Below, in pieces: positions 49,268 to 59,045 of a stretch of 64,000 nt of DNA. The notes below the pieces were generated by a model. It saw nothing but the letters and a program-made list of their open reading frames with translations, had not been told where the DNA came from and did no database searches. The first letter of the stretch is position 1. Every line of letters starts with the position of its first letter. Source of the stretch: an uncultured Pseudomonadota bacterium (GTDB lineage: Bacteria > Pseudomonadota > Alphaproteobacteria > UBA9219). The DNA lies in NCBI GenBank assembly GCA_903869345.1, contig CAIPYM010000024.1, forward strand, positions 3,703-67,702, in the 5' to 3' direction. The translations under genes were made by a program, and so were the position numbers.

Positions 49268-50017
49268 ATGACTGCAGAAGAGATAGGGAAAGCCCGCATC
49301 CAATCGGCAAAAAAATTGGCAGAAACTCACGGCATCGATGTGATGGGTTGGAATGACAAAAGGGGCAAAGAATTTATAAGCGTGTTCAATGCAAGCGGTG
49401 ACAATGAAAAGCTTCAAGTGCTCCAAAAAGAAATGGAGAAAAATGGGTGGATTGCTCACCCCGTTGAGGAGAAAAACGAAGGATATTACATGGATTTTGG
49501 CATGCAAAAACCACCAACTGATTTAAAAAGGCAGAAACAGGCGGACATTCATGGCATTGAACCTGTCGTTTTTTATATGAAGGAACGTTTCCGATACAGT
49601 GGTGTAAAAACAGGATATGTGAACTCTGTCATTTACATCAGTCTTATGGTTCTCTTTCTCGTTCCAACCCATCTGTCCTCTCTAAATTCGAAACATATGA
49701 TTCTCATCATGGTCGCAAGCACAATTCTGCTCTCTATAGTTGTTGCGCTCTTTCATTGGATCATCGTCACCGCTGATGCGTCGAATCTGATTATCCGCAT
49801 GCCCTTTTGGTTTGACATTCAATCATTTCCCATATCAGACATCAAAAAAGCAACATTATACAGAGACAATGATTCTTGGTACGCCAACGTAAAAGGGGCT
49901 GTTTTCCTTTCAGTAAAATTAAAATCAGGCAAAAGTTTCGATATTTATATCCCAAAACGAGCGCGCGGTGAACTATTATCGTTCCTCAAAGGCAAGCTTC
50001 CCATCTCATCCTCCTAA
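49268..50017 (+). CDS. Hypothetical two-TM membrane protein in a strongly AT-rich islet (possible membrane-anchored bPH-like C-terminal domain)
   Basis: GC about 40% against 65% background; soluble N-domain, two central TM helices, C-terminal 80-aa domain; good ORF integrity. Confidence 0.5.
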   Translation: MTAEEIGKARIQSAKKLAETHGIDVMGWNDKRGKEFISVFNASGDNEKLQVLQKEMEKNGWIAHPVEEKNEGYYMDFGMQKPPTDLKRQKQADIHGIEPVVFYMKERFRYSGVKTGYVNSVIYISLMVLFLVPTHLSSLNSKHMILIMVASTILLSIVVALFHWIIVTADASNLIIRMPFWFDIQSFPISDIKKATLYRDNDSWYANVKGAVFLSVKLKSGKSFDIYIPKRARGELLSFLKGKLPISSS

Positions 50018-50143
50018 TAATTTTGCTTCATCCTCTTGGGGAATCAATGGTACAAGATTCGCCACACCCTCGACGGATCGGCGGGGATGTGGCAAGAATC
50101 TCCCGACGGCACGTCGAAACCTCTCCCGCGAGGACAAACCCGG

Positions 50144-50614
50144 ATGATCACACTTCTTTGGTGGCATTGGGCTCTGGTCGGTCTGGTGCTGATCCTGGCC
50201 GAGTTGATCGTGCCCTCATTTTTTATCCTGTGGTTCGGCCTCGGCGGTCTACTCGTTGCGCTCCTTTTGGCCATCGTGCCGGACATGAGCCTCGCCGCGC
50301 AGTTCTTGCTGTGGTCCCTCTCCTCGCTTCTGATGGTCGCGGGGTGGTTTCTCGTGTTCAAACGCGGTGCGCACAAAAGCCTCATCGGGCGCGCCTCCGC
50401 CCAGTTGGAGGGCGAAGTCGGCATGATCGTGGAAGCGGTTCAGCCGTTTCGTAACGGCCGGGTCCGCTTTCAGCGCCCCATCTTGGGATCCGAGGTGTGG
50501 GAATGCCTAGCCGATGAGCCGTACATGCTCGGCGACCGTGTAAAGGTTGTGAGCATTGAAGGCAGTCGCGTTAAAGTCGCTCGTGTTGTACCCCTCCCCT
50601 CGGAAGGAACTTGA
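50144..50614 (+). CDS. NfeD-family membrane protein (stomatin-operon partner)
   Basis: ATG 50144; N-terminal TM helices and C-terminal OB-fold (GDRVKVVSIEGSRVKV); immediately upstream of the SPFH gene. Confidence 0.75.
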   Translation: MITLLWWHWALVGLVLILAELIVPSFFILWFGLGGLLVALLLAIVPDMSLAAQFLLWSLSSLLMVAGWFLVFKRGAHKSLIGRASAQLEGEVGMIVEAVQPFRNGRVRFQRPILGSEVWECLADEPYMLGDRVKVVSIEGSRVKVARVVPLPSEGT

Positions 50615-50617
50615 TCC

Positions 50618-51475
50618 ATGCCTGTTTCTCTTATTCTGGCGCTCGTCCTCTTTTTGGTTGTCCTGGTGACAATCGCCAAAAGCGTCCGCATCGTGCCCCA
50701 AGGGGAAGAGTGGGTGGTGGAACGCCTCGGCAAATACAACTCCACCTTCGCCCCCGGCCTCAACCTGATGATCCCTTACCTGGACCGGGTCAGCCAACGG
50801 ATTGTCACCAAGGACATGCTGCTGGATGTGCAGGAGCAAGAGGTCATCACCCGCGACAATGCGGTGATCCTCACGAACGCCATTGCCTTCGTGAAAGTCA
50901 CGGACCCCGTGAAGGCCGTTTACGGCGTCGTGAACTTCTCGGACGCGATTCGCAATTTGATCATGACGACGTTGCGCTCCATCGTGGGCGAGATGGATCT
51001 GGATCAGGCCCTCTCCTCCCGCGATAAAATCAAGGCGCGGCTACGTGAGAGCATTGCGGATGAAGTTTTAGACTGGGGCCTGACGGTCAAATCCGTGGAG
51101 ATTCAGGACATCAAGCCCTCGTTGACGATGCAAAAAGCGATGGAGCTGCAAGCCTCAGCCGAACGCGAACGAAAAGCCGCTGTCACCCGCGCCGAAGGGG
51201 AGAAGCAAGCCGCCATCCTGCAAGCGGAAGCACGTCTGGAATCTGCCAAACGCGACGCAGAAGCCCAGGTGATGCTGGCCCAGGCGTCCGCCGAGGCTAT
51301 TCAGAAAGTGATGGGAGCCGCCGCCGGCGCGGATACGTCGCTTCTGTACCTTTTGGGTGAAAAATACATCAAGGCGCTCTCGCAGCTTTCGGCCTCACCG
51401 AATGCCAAAACGATTCTTTTACCCGCCGATTTGCAGGAAACGCTCCGAGGCGTTTTGGGGAAGATGAAAGTTTAA
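50618..51475 (+). CDS. SPFH/band-7 stomatin-like protein
   Basis: N-terminal TM, then stomatin core (IVPQGEEWVVERLGKY...ITRDNAVI) and coiled-coil tail. Confidence 0.9.
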   Translation: MPVSLILALVLFLVVLVTIAKSVRIVPQGEEWVVERLGKYNSTFAPGLNLMIPYLDRVSQRIVTKDMLLDVQEQEVITRDNAVILTNAIAFVKVTDPVKAVYGVVNFSDAIRNLIMTTLRSIVGEMDLDQALSSRDKIKARLRESIADEVLDWGLTVKSVEIQDIKPSLTMQKAMELQASAERERKAAVTRAEGEKQAAILQAEARLESAKRDAEAQVMLAQASAEAIQKVMGAAAGADTSLLYLLGEKYIKALSQLSASPNAKTILLPADLQETLRGVLGKMKV

Positions 51476-51595
51476 ATCGGAAAATGGCGGTGAGGGGGAT
51501 GACGAGACAGGAAGAGAAAACGGCGTAGCGTGCCGAAATCGCGTGTGGTAGGCAAAAGGCCTTCTCTTGCTGCGTTCCTTCACGAGGCTTGACCC

Positions 51596-52816
51596 ATGTC
51601 GTTTTTCGCGCCGCGCCTTGCCCGCGTCCTCCCCTCCCCCACCCTGGAAATGACGCGCCTCGCGCTGGAGATGAAAGCGGCGGGGCACGACGTCATCGGC
51701 CTCAGCGCGGGAGAGCCCGATTTCGACACCCCCGATTTCATCAAACAAGCGGCGATCGAAGGCCTGCGGCGCGGGGCCACCAAGTACACCGCCGTGGACG
51801 GGACGCCCTCCCTCAAAAAAGCTATTGCGGCCAAGTTCGCGCGCGAGAATGGCCTGACGTACACCCCGCAGGAAATCTCCGTCGGTGCGGGCGGAAAACA
51901 GGTTATTTTCAACGCGTTGGTTGCAACCGTTGGCCCCGGCGATGAAGTTGTCATCCCCACGCCCTACTGGGTCTCGTACCCCGACATGGTGCGCCTGGCG
52001 GAGGGCGAGCCCGTCTTTTGTCCAACCGCCCCGGAGCGCGGATTCAAGATGCGCCCCGAGGACCTGGACCGGGTGCTCTCCCCGCGCACGAAGTGGCTGA
52101 TCCTGAACGCGCCCTCCAACCCCTCGGGCGTCACGTACACGGCGGACGAGCTCCGCGCGTTCGCGGACGTTCTGCGCAAGTACCCGGACGTTTGGGTCCT
52201 CAGCGACGATATTTACGAGCACATCCTTTACACCGACGCGCCCTTTTCCACGCTGGCCCAGGTCGCGCCGGATTTGAAGGACCGCGTGCTGACCGTGAAC
52301 GGCGTCTCCAAAGCCTACGCCATGACCGGGTGGCGCATCGGGTACGCGGGCGGGCCCGCCGCGCTCATCAAGAAAATGGGCGAGATTCAGGGGCATTCGA
52401 CCAGCAACCCCGCCACCGTCAGCCAGGTCGCGGCCGAAGCCGCGCTCACCGGGCCTCAAGATTTTCTGATCCAGCAACGCGCCGCTTTTCGGGAACGCCG
52501 CGATAGTCTGGTCGCGGGGTTGAACGCGATTCCCGGCCTTCGCTGCCCCCTGCCCGAGGGCGCGTTTTACGTTTTCCCCTCGTGCGCGGGACTGATCGGC
52601 ACCCAGACGGCCGACGGCGCGACGCTGGATTCCGACACGGCGGTTGTGAAGTACCTTTTGACCGAGGCGCTTGTGGCAACGGTCCCAGGTTCCGGCTTCG
52701 GCCTCGGCCCGCACGTGCGGCTGTCGTACGCGGTCTCCGGCGATGTCCTGCGGAAAGCCTGCGCGCGCATCCACGCCGCCGTGGACAAGCTGAAGGGCGT
52801 GCGAACCGACGTTTGA
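51596..52816 (+). CDS. aspC: Aspartate/aromatic aminotransferase (PLP fold type I)
   Basis: NPSGVTY and PLP-Lys SKAYAMTGWRIGY motifs. Confidence 0.9.
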   Translation: MSFFAPRLARVLPSPTLEMTRLALEMKAAGHDVIGLSAGEPDFDTPDFIKQAAIEGLRRGATKYTAVDGTPSLKKAIAAKFARENGLTYTPQEISVGAGGKQVIFNALVATVGPGDEVVIPTPYWVSYPDMVRLAEGEPVFCPTAPERGFKMRPEDLDRVLSPRTKWLILNAPSNPSGVTYTADELRAFADVLRKYPDVWVLSDDIYEHILYTDAPFSTLAQVAPDLKDRVLTVNGVSKAYAMTGWRIGYAGGPAALIKKMGEIQGHSTSNPATVSQVAAEAALTGPQDFLIQQRAAFRERRDSLVAGLNAIPGLRCPLPEGAFYVFPSCAGLIGTQTADGATLDSDTAVVKYLLTEALVATVPGSGFGLGPHVRLSYAVSGDVLRKACARIHAAVDKLKGVRTDV

Positions 52817-52978
52817 AAACCGACCCACGAGGGCAATGCCTGGCCTTTATCGGCGAGACAACGCGGCACCCCACAATGTTCTCGTGTCGCTTGACCAATC
52901 GTATAGGAATTGCGTATGAGGGAGGGGCTATGCTTCCCGCAAGGGATTCTGGAAAGACAATTGGAAGGAGTTTTCACC

Positions 52979-53257
52979 ATGGCCTCGCATCCCTCAGCCG
53001 CCAAGCGCGCGCGTCAGAACGCAAATCGTAACGTTCTTAACCGTGCCCGTCGTTCGCGGGTTCATACCTTCGCCACCGTGGTCGAAAAGGCCCTGACGGG
53101 TGGTACGATTGATCAGGCGAAAACCGCTCTGCGCACGGCCGAATCCGCCATTGCCAAGGCTGTTAGCCAGAAGATTCTGCATTGGCGCACGGCGGCCCGC
53201 AAAACCTCGCGCCTCGCTAAAAAAGTGGCGGCCAAGTCCACGGGGGCCAAGGGCTAA
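52979..53257 (+). CDS. rpsT: 30S ribosomal protein S20
   Basis: ATG 52979 with GGAAGGAG RBS; MASHPSAAKRARQNANRNVLNRA... typical S20. Confidence 0.9.
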   Translation: MASHPSAAKRARQNANRNVLNRARRSRVHTFATVVEKALTGGTIDQAKTALRTAESAIAKAVSQKILHWRTAARKTSRLAKKVAAKSTGAKG

Positions 53258-53289
53258 CGTTTCCCGCGACGTCATTCCCTCGCCCCACA

Positions 53290-53462
53290 CGTGGGGAGAA
53301 GAGGGTTAGGGTTGAGGCCTGTTCCTACCGTCCCGACGAAAGCCGGATCCCTTTTCCTATTTTCACGAAAAAACGGCTCGGGATCCCGGCTTTCGCCGGG
53401 ATGACGGTGGGGGAGAGGGGACAGGACTGAGAAAAAGGTCCTTTTGTGCCGTGTCGCAGTCT
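53290..53462. repeat. Composite repeat: family B fragment plus family A element plus conserved tail
   Basis: GGGGAGAAGAGGGTTAGGGTTGAGG; CCGTCCCGACGAAAGCCGGATCCC ... GGATCCCGGCTTTCGCCGGGATGACGG; GGGGAGAGGGGACAGGACTGAGAAAAAGGTCCTTTTGTGCCGTGTCGCAG. Confidence 0.7.
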
Positions 53463-53471
53463 AGAAAGACG

Positions 53472-54998
53472 CTAGAGCGTTTCCGCTGTCCTTGAGGGGG
53501 CCATCATCCGCGCGTCGGTGGATTTCTCCCGACGGCGCTGGCTGGACGTTGGAATGCGGAGAGCCTCCCGGTATTTCGCCACCGTTCGCCGCGCAACAAT
53601 CATGCCCTCGGTGCGCAGCAGCGCCGCGAGGTGATCGTCCGACAAAACCTCCTCGGGACGTTCAGAAGCAATAAGCCCCCGGATCCGTGCACGCACTGCC
53701 GCCGCCGCAACGCTGTCCTCTGCGTGCATGGAGGTTGTGGCGAGCGCGTTGGTGAACAGCGACCGCAGCGCGATAACGCCGCGTGGCGTTGCCAGGTATT
53801 TATTCTGCGTGACACGGCTCACCGTGGATTCGTGCATGGCCACCGTCTCGGCGACCTCGCGCAACGACAAGGGCCGCAGCCCCGCGATGCCTTGCGTAAA
53901 AAAGGCCTCTTGGTGGCGTACAACTTCCGCCGTCACCGTCACAAGTGTCGTCAGGCGTTGATGCAGGGCTTTCACAAGCCACGTCGCCCGTTGCCACCTC
54001 TCCCCCAGATAGGCCCGATCTTCAACGGAACGCGCCGCGCGGCGCACGTCCACGTAATAGGACTCGTTGGCGAGAACGCGCGGGACCGTCTCGGGGTTGA
54101 CCTCCAGACGCCACCCCCCAGCTTGCGGGTACACAAAAACGTCCGGCACGATGGGCGTCGCGGCTGTCGCCGTAAACCGCGTGGCCGGTTTAGGGTCGAG
54201 CCTGCGCAACGTCGCCAAAAGATCGGATAACCCTTCCGCATCCACGTTGCAGAGTTTCATCAGCGCCGCCCGTTCACGCCGCGCGACAAGATCCAAACGG
54301 CTCAGCAAAATCTGCATCGGAGCCGTCAGCTTGCCCTGATCCTCCACCTGAAGGGTCAGGCATTCTTCCAGCGAGCGCGCGAAAATCCCCGGAGGATCGA
54401 GTTTTTGGAGCCGCTCGACAACATGGTCCACGACCTCCAGCGAAACACCACCTTGAGCAGCCAGGGCCGAAAGGTCGGTGGGCAAGTACCCCGCCTCATC
54501 CAGGTGATCCATCAAGGCCTCGGCGAGAATCCGCTCGCCCGGATCGGGAAAGTCCAGGGCAATCTGGTCCCCGAGGTGCTCCCGCAAGGTGGGGGGCGAG
54601 GTCAGGCGATGAAGGGCCTCAAACGCATCATCGTCATCGTCCCCAAAACCGCCGCCGCCCCGACTGCCAAACGCCTCGCCGTACATCGGCCCCTCGTCGG
54701 AATGGAGACCCGTCAATGGCCCTGGGCCCTCGGTCGTGCCTTCCGTTCCCGACGATGGCCCCGAAACCGTCGGTGCGGCGGAAGAGCCCCCACTCCCCGC
54801 AACAACCACGCGGCTGAGGATATGAGTCTCGGGCTCAGCCTCCGGACGATCTAAAAGGGGATTCGTTTCCACCTCGCCCGCCACAAACGCTTCGACGTCT
54901 TGGTGCGCCATCGGCAAAAGCTCAATCGCTTGCCGCAACGCAGGCGTCATCACCAGCGTTTGTGTCGTCCGAAGGTCAAGGCGTTGCGCGAGATGCAT
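53472..54998 (-). CDS. rpoN: RNA polymerase sigma-54 factor
   Basis: ATG at 54998; N-terminal region I (LRTTQTLVMTPALRQAIELL), core-binding domain, C-terminal RpoN box ARRTVAKYREAL. Confidence 0.9.
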   Translation of the reverse strand: MHLAQRLDLRTTQTLVMTPALRQAIELLPMAHQDVEAFVAGEVETNPLLDRPEAEPETHILSRVVVAGSGGSSAAPTVSGPSSGTEGTTEGPGPLTGLHSDEGPMYGEAFGSRGGGGFGDDDDDAFEALHRLTSPPTLREHLGDQIALDFPDPGERILAEALMDHLDEAGYLPTDLSALAAQGGVSLEVVDHVVERLQKLDPPGIFARSLEECLTLQVEDQGKLTAPMQILLSRLDLVARRERAALMKLCNVDAEGLSDLLATLRRLDPKPATRFTATAATPIVPDVFVYPQAGGWRLEVNPETVPRVLANESYYVDVRRAARSVEDRAYLGERWQRATWLVKALHQRLTTLVTVTAEVVRHQEAFFTQGIAGLRPLSLREVAETVAMHESTVSRVTQNKYLATPRGVIALRSLFTNALATTSMHAEDSVAAAAVRARIRGLIASERPEEVLSDDHLAALLRTEGMIVARRTVAKYREALRIPTSSQRRREKSTDARMMAPSRTAETL

Positions 54999-55376
54999 TG
55001 GTGGCCATGATTCGCAGAAAAGCGTCCCGGCTTTATAGCACACCCTTCCTCCTCGTGCTCCACGACGTGTGTGTCCGCGCGTGGACAAACGCGGGAAAGA
55101 CATGCTACCCAGAGGGCCTTCGAGGACGCTTTCTGATTCGTTCCCGGCTTTCGCCCGCTTCGGTTATTTGGACGTTCCGCCATGGCCCTTTCCGGTCCCT
55201 CCACCGTTTCCGAGAGCTCGTCGCGCAGCACCATATCCCCCCTGCGGGGGACACGTGGAGCCTACGCGGGACGGGGCACTGAATCCGTCGAAGCGGCTCC
55301 GTCAGGGACAACGGGCGGATCGTCGGGGTCGTCAAACGGCCGAGCCGATTCACGTGCCCTCACGATGGATGCGGTC

Positions 55377-55970
55377 TCAAGTGGTGCCGGGACCCTGCGG
55401 GGTAGCGTCCCTCGGGGCACGTACGTCGATCTCCTTGTGTAAAGACCGCAGAGGCTTCGGTTGCGCGATCGGAAGGCCGTACCACCGCACAAGAGCAGCA
55501 AGCCCGTCGGTCAGAATCGGCAAGGTCCTTAAAAGCGGCATTTGATTCTCACAAGCAACGCTGATCACCCGGTCCCGTCCAGCGACGGGAACAGCCTGAA
55601 CAGCTTTGCACCACCGTTGATAAGCCGCTTCTTGGGCGTCGGTTCGGTCGTCCCCGTCGAACGGGTTGAAGGCTCCGCGGAGGGGCGAATAGCTGCCCCC
55701 CACGCGGGCGGCGAGTCCGGCCCCGCGGTAATCAGCAGCAAGACGCAAGCCCGCCGTGCGCTGCTCGTCGCTGACCAAACGACGCGCGTTCAGAAAGTCC
55801 AGGACGTGCTCGTCCATCACGCACGCCACAACAACGCCAGGACATTCCGTTGCCTTCAAGAGGCGCCCCGAGTGCTGCCAACGCTCCCGAGGCCCCGTGT
55901 CGATCCCGGCCTTGGGGGTCCGCTGACCGACCCGCCTGTTTGATCCGTGGAAAGAAGAACCGACTGCCAT
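55377..55970 (-). CDS. Hypothetical protein divergent from the CI/LexA-like repressor
   Basis: 197-aa ORF with backbone-like GC; no confidently recognisable domain; shares the palindrome-containing intergenic region with the repressor gene. Confidence 0.45.
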   Translation of the reverse strand: MAVGSSFHGSNRRVGQRTPKAGIDTGPRERWQHSGRLLKATECPGVVVACVMDEHVLDFLNARRLVSDEQRTAGLRLAADYRGAGLAARVGGSYSPLRGAFNPFDGDDRTDAQEAAYQRWCKAVQAVPVAGRDRVISVACENQMPLLRTLPILTDGLAALVRWYGLPIAQPKPLRSLHKEIDVRAPRDATPQGPGTT

Positions 55971-56015
55971 CGTTTCACCTCTGCTGTTAGACCCCGTTGA
56001 TCCGGGAGGCGCAAA

Positions 56016-56032
56016 GTATCCAAAATGGATAC
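56016..56032. promoter_or_regulatory. Perfect 17-bp palindrome GTATCCA-AAA-TGGATAC between divergent genes; candidate operator
   Basis: 7+3+7 perfect inverted repeat, 100 bp upstream of the repressor start codon. Confidence 0.45.
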
Positions 56033-56131
56033 GGTTGTCGAGAAAAATTCTGGCCCTCGTTTGGAAGGGTACCGATGCATGCAGAAGACCCTCTGGGCAA
56101 ACGCTCCGGGACAGGGTAGCGTCGCGGCGCT

Positions 56132-56767
56132 ATGGAAACTTCCGTGAACCGAATCAGGGCATGGCGTATTGCGCGAGGCTGGAGCCTCCAGCGCTTGGCC
56201 GAGGCGTGTGGGACCAGCAAAAGCCAAGTGGATAAGTTGGAGCGGGGTGCACGTCGGCTGACCGTGGATTGGATGGTACGTCTGGCCAAACCTCTCGCTT
56301 GTGATCCTCGGGATCTTTTGGGGCTGACCGACGCCCCCCCCTCCCCCTCGGGGGCTGAAGGCCTGGGGGGACTCGGCCCCCTTCCCGTTCGCGGCCTCGC
56401 CCCCCTGGGACCAAGCCCCGAATCAGGTTTTAGAATGACCGATTCGGTTGTGGATGAAATCCCCCGCCCCTTCGCCCTGGCGCATGTCAAGGACGCCTAC
56501 GCCTTGTATGTCCTGACCACCGACATGGTCCCCATGTACAGGCTTCGGCAGGTCCTTTTGGTGCACCCTCATAAACCCCCCGTGACCGACGGCGGTGTCG
56601 TGTTGATGGCTCCCGACGGCACCGTGCGAATCCGAGCGTTCGTCCGCGCCAAAACGGGCGGAGGTCTTGTCGTGCGGCTTTATCAGCCGAAAGTCCGCGA
56701 CGAGACGTTGACGGCCAAAACCTTGGCCGCCGTTCACACCATTGTTGGCAGTCTGGAACCCGCCTAA
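56132..56767 (+). CDS. XRE-family HTH regulator with C-terminal S24 (LexA/CI-like) peptidase domain; nucleophile Ser apparently not conserved
   Basis: HTH IRAWRIARGWSLQRLAEACGTSKSQVDKLERG; Pro/Gly-rich linker; S24-like beta domain, but the G-D-S-M position reads T-T-D-M-V. Confidence 0.75.
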   Translation: METSVNRIRAWRIARGWSLQRLAEACGTSKSQVDKLERGARRLTVDWMVRLAKPLACDPRDLLGLTDAPPSPSGAEGLGGLGPLPVRGLAPLGPSPESGFRMTDSVVDEIPRPFALAHVKDAYALYVLTTDMVPMYRLRQVLLVHPHKPPVTDGGVVLMAPDGTVRIRAFVRAKTGGGLVVRLYQPKVRDETLTAKTLAAVHTIVGSLEPA

Positions 56768-56807
56768 CGCTGAAAAATCCCCCTGGGAAGGGGCGCTTCC
56801 AAATTGG

Positions 56808-58112
56808 TTACGTTTTGTCCGCGAATCGACAGGCTTCCGCTCGGCAATCCTCCCGCGTCGGCTGAAAATCACGGGCTCGCCACCACGCTTCAACAGCACG
56901 AAGAACAAGGCCCATCTCGGGCCCTTCCTCCCAGCCAAGCTTCCGCATGTCCTCGCCGTTTAAGGGAAACATCGGCGAGGTCCAGCCGTTGATCACTTCG
57001 CGCACCCCAACTTCGTCCAGCGTGAGCCCCTCCTCCGCCGTCCGCAAAAGAGCTGCCCCGAGAGCGACCTCCTCACCTTCGTCGTACAAGGCTTGCCGCA
57101 AAGCCGCTTGAAAAACCTTGGCCGTGTGGCCTGACGGAAGGTGGGCAGCAAGCCGTCCCCACGATTCCACCAGCCGTCCCTCGGCGCGGGACAGACGCAA
57201 CGCTTCGGTCACCCGTTGCGCGGATTCGGGGGTCGGGGGCGTTAAGGCCGTGAGGCGCAAGAGTCCCGTACGGCGAAGGTTCTCCCCCCTCCCGGCGAAA
57301 GTCTCGTCGGCCGCAAGCTGGGCAGCCACCAGCCGAACCCAACGCTCCTCGGTTGGCGGGACCGGGAGAATCCGTGCCGTTGCGCCGCACGCGGTCATCA
57401 AAGCCCAGGCGGAACGCGGGTCCGGCGCGGCCAGAAGCTTCAGGATCTCGTGCCCCACGCGCTCACGCGAAAGCCCACCCAGAAGCGGCGAAAAGCGTCG
57501 GCAAGCGTCCACCGCTTCGGGGTCAGGCTCCCCTTGTCCCAGCCACGCCGTGAAGCGAAAGAATCGCAGAAGACGAAGTGAATCCTCCCGCACACGGTCC
57601 TCGGCCCGTCCGATAAAACGCACGAGGCCCCGCGCGAGGTCCCGTCGCCCTTCCGTGAAATCGCGAATCGTCCCGTCCTCGTCCGCGTAAAGCGCGTTGA
57701 ACGTAAAATCGCGCCGCGTGGCATCGGTTTCCCAGTCGTCGCTAAAGGCGACTTCCGCCCGCCGTCCGAACGTCCGCACATCGCGCCGAAGCGTCGTGAT
57801 CTCGTACCCCTTGCCGTCCGCAACCGCCGTGATGGTGCCGTGCGCCATGCCGGTTGGGATTCCTTTCAGGCCCGCACGCTGCAGGGCGTCTAAAACCCCC
57901 TCGGGCTGCAGGGTGGTCGCGAAATCCACCTCGTTCACCGGGCGGCCTATCAGGGCGTCACGCACCGCCCCCCCCACAAACCGTGTGATTCCTCCGCAGG
58001 GCCTGAGAGCGTCCAAGACCGTCCGCACACCCGGCGCGACAAGCCAAAGGTGCGCTGCGGGGTCCAAACGATCCCCGAGCGAGGATTCCGAAAACAGGCC
58101 GTTCGTGGTCAT
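56808..58112 (-). CDS. cca: CCA tRNA nucleotidyltransferase / poly(A) polymerase family
   Basis: Head domain GGAVRD...DFATT...RRDFTFNALY; ATG at 58112 (a TTG at 58136 is also possible). Confidence 0.85.
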   Translation of the reverse strand: MTTNGLFSESSLGDRLDPAAHLWLVAPGVRTVLDALRPCGGITRFVGGAVRDALIGRPVNEVDFATTLQPEGVLDALQRAGLKGIPTGMAHGTITAVADGKGYEITTLRRDVRTFGRRAEVAFSDDWETDATRRDFTFNALYADEDGTIRDFTEGRRDLARGLVRFIGRAEDRVREDSLRLLRFFRFTAWLGQGEPDPEAVDACRRFSPLLGGLSRERVGHEILKLLAAPDPRSAWALMTACGATARILPVPPTEERWVRLVAAQLAADETFAGRGENLRRTGLLRLTALTPPTPESAQRVTEALRLSRAEGRLVESWGRLAAHLPSGHTAKVFQAALRQALYDEGEEVALGAALLRTAEEGLTLDEVGVREVINGWTSPMFPLNGEDMRKLGWEEGPEMGLVLRAVEAWWRARDFQPTREDCRAEACRFADKT

Positions 58113-58400
58113 GGTGGGAGCATCCGAAAGAAACAACGTGCACCCAGTGTGCGGCGGAGGCGCGTTCGGTGCAATTCCTAACGTCCTATAGGTTGCAGGA
58201 GATACGGCGGTGTTCCTTCGCCCCTTAAAGCGTCATGGACCTCACGACGACACGTCGTCTCCGCCAGAACGCAACCGAGGCTAAACGGGTTCTTTGGAGA
58301 GCCTTCAGCCACACGTCAACGATCGGGCGCTGAATCCCCAGTTGACCCTTCCCATTTTTTAAGGCACGCCCTTTCTTGCTGAAAGAAGGGGGGGTCGACC

Positions 58401-59045
58401 ATGACCGCTTTTACAGACGACGACGTGGATTGGACCAAGGGTGGGGGGCTTGTGCCCGCCATTGTGCAAGACGCGGCTTCGCTGAGAGTCCTGATGCTCG
58501 GCTACATGAACCGTGAGGCCTTGGCCGCCACGCGCCAAACGAAGCTCGTCACGTTCTACAGCCGCGACCGGAAAAAGCTTTGGCAAAAGGGTGAAACCTC
58601 CGGCAACACGTTGCACCTTGTGGGACTCGAACTGGATTGTGACCGGGACACGCTGCTGGTTCGCGCGACCCCGGCAGGGCCGACGTGCCACACCGGAGAG
58701 AGGACCTGCTTCGGGCCGGAGGATACCTGCGCGAACCTGGCCGTCCTCGCGGACCTGGAATCCGTCATTCGCCAACGCCGCGCCGAGGGCGCAACGGGAA
58801 CGAGCTACACGGCGCGTCTGTTTGCGGCGGGCCTTCCGCGCATGGCACAAAAAGTCGGGGAGGAAGGCGTGGAAGTCGCGCTGGCCGCCGTCACGCAAAG
58901 CTCAACGCTCGCGGACGAATCGGCGGACCTTCTCTATCACCTGCTTGTCGTGTTGGAGGCTCGCGGTGCAAATCTGTCCGACGTCTTGAACGTCCTTCAC
59001 GCCCGAGCGCATCCAAGCGCCGCACCGTCGGGGTCCACCCCATGA
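58401..59045 (+). CDS. hisIE: Bifunctional phosphoribosyl-AMP cyclohydrolase / phosphoribosyl-ATP pyrophosphatase
   Basis: HisI motifs (GLVPAIVQD, ETSGNTLHL...CDRDTLL, CHTGERTCF) and HisE C-terminal (EEGVEVALAA...ADLLYHLLV). Confidence 0.9.
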   Translation: MTAFTDDDVDWTKGGGLVPAIVQDAASLRVLMLGYMNREALAATRQTKLVTFYSRDRKKLWQKGETSGNTLHLVGLELDCDRDTLLVRATPAGPTCHTGERTCFGPEDTCANLAVLADLESVIRQRRAEGATGTSYTARLFAAGLPRMAQKVGEEGVEVALAAVTQSSTLADESADLLYHLLVVLEARGANLSDVLNVLHARAHPSAAPSGSTP

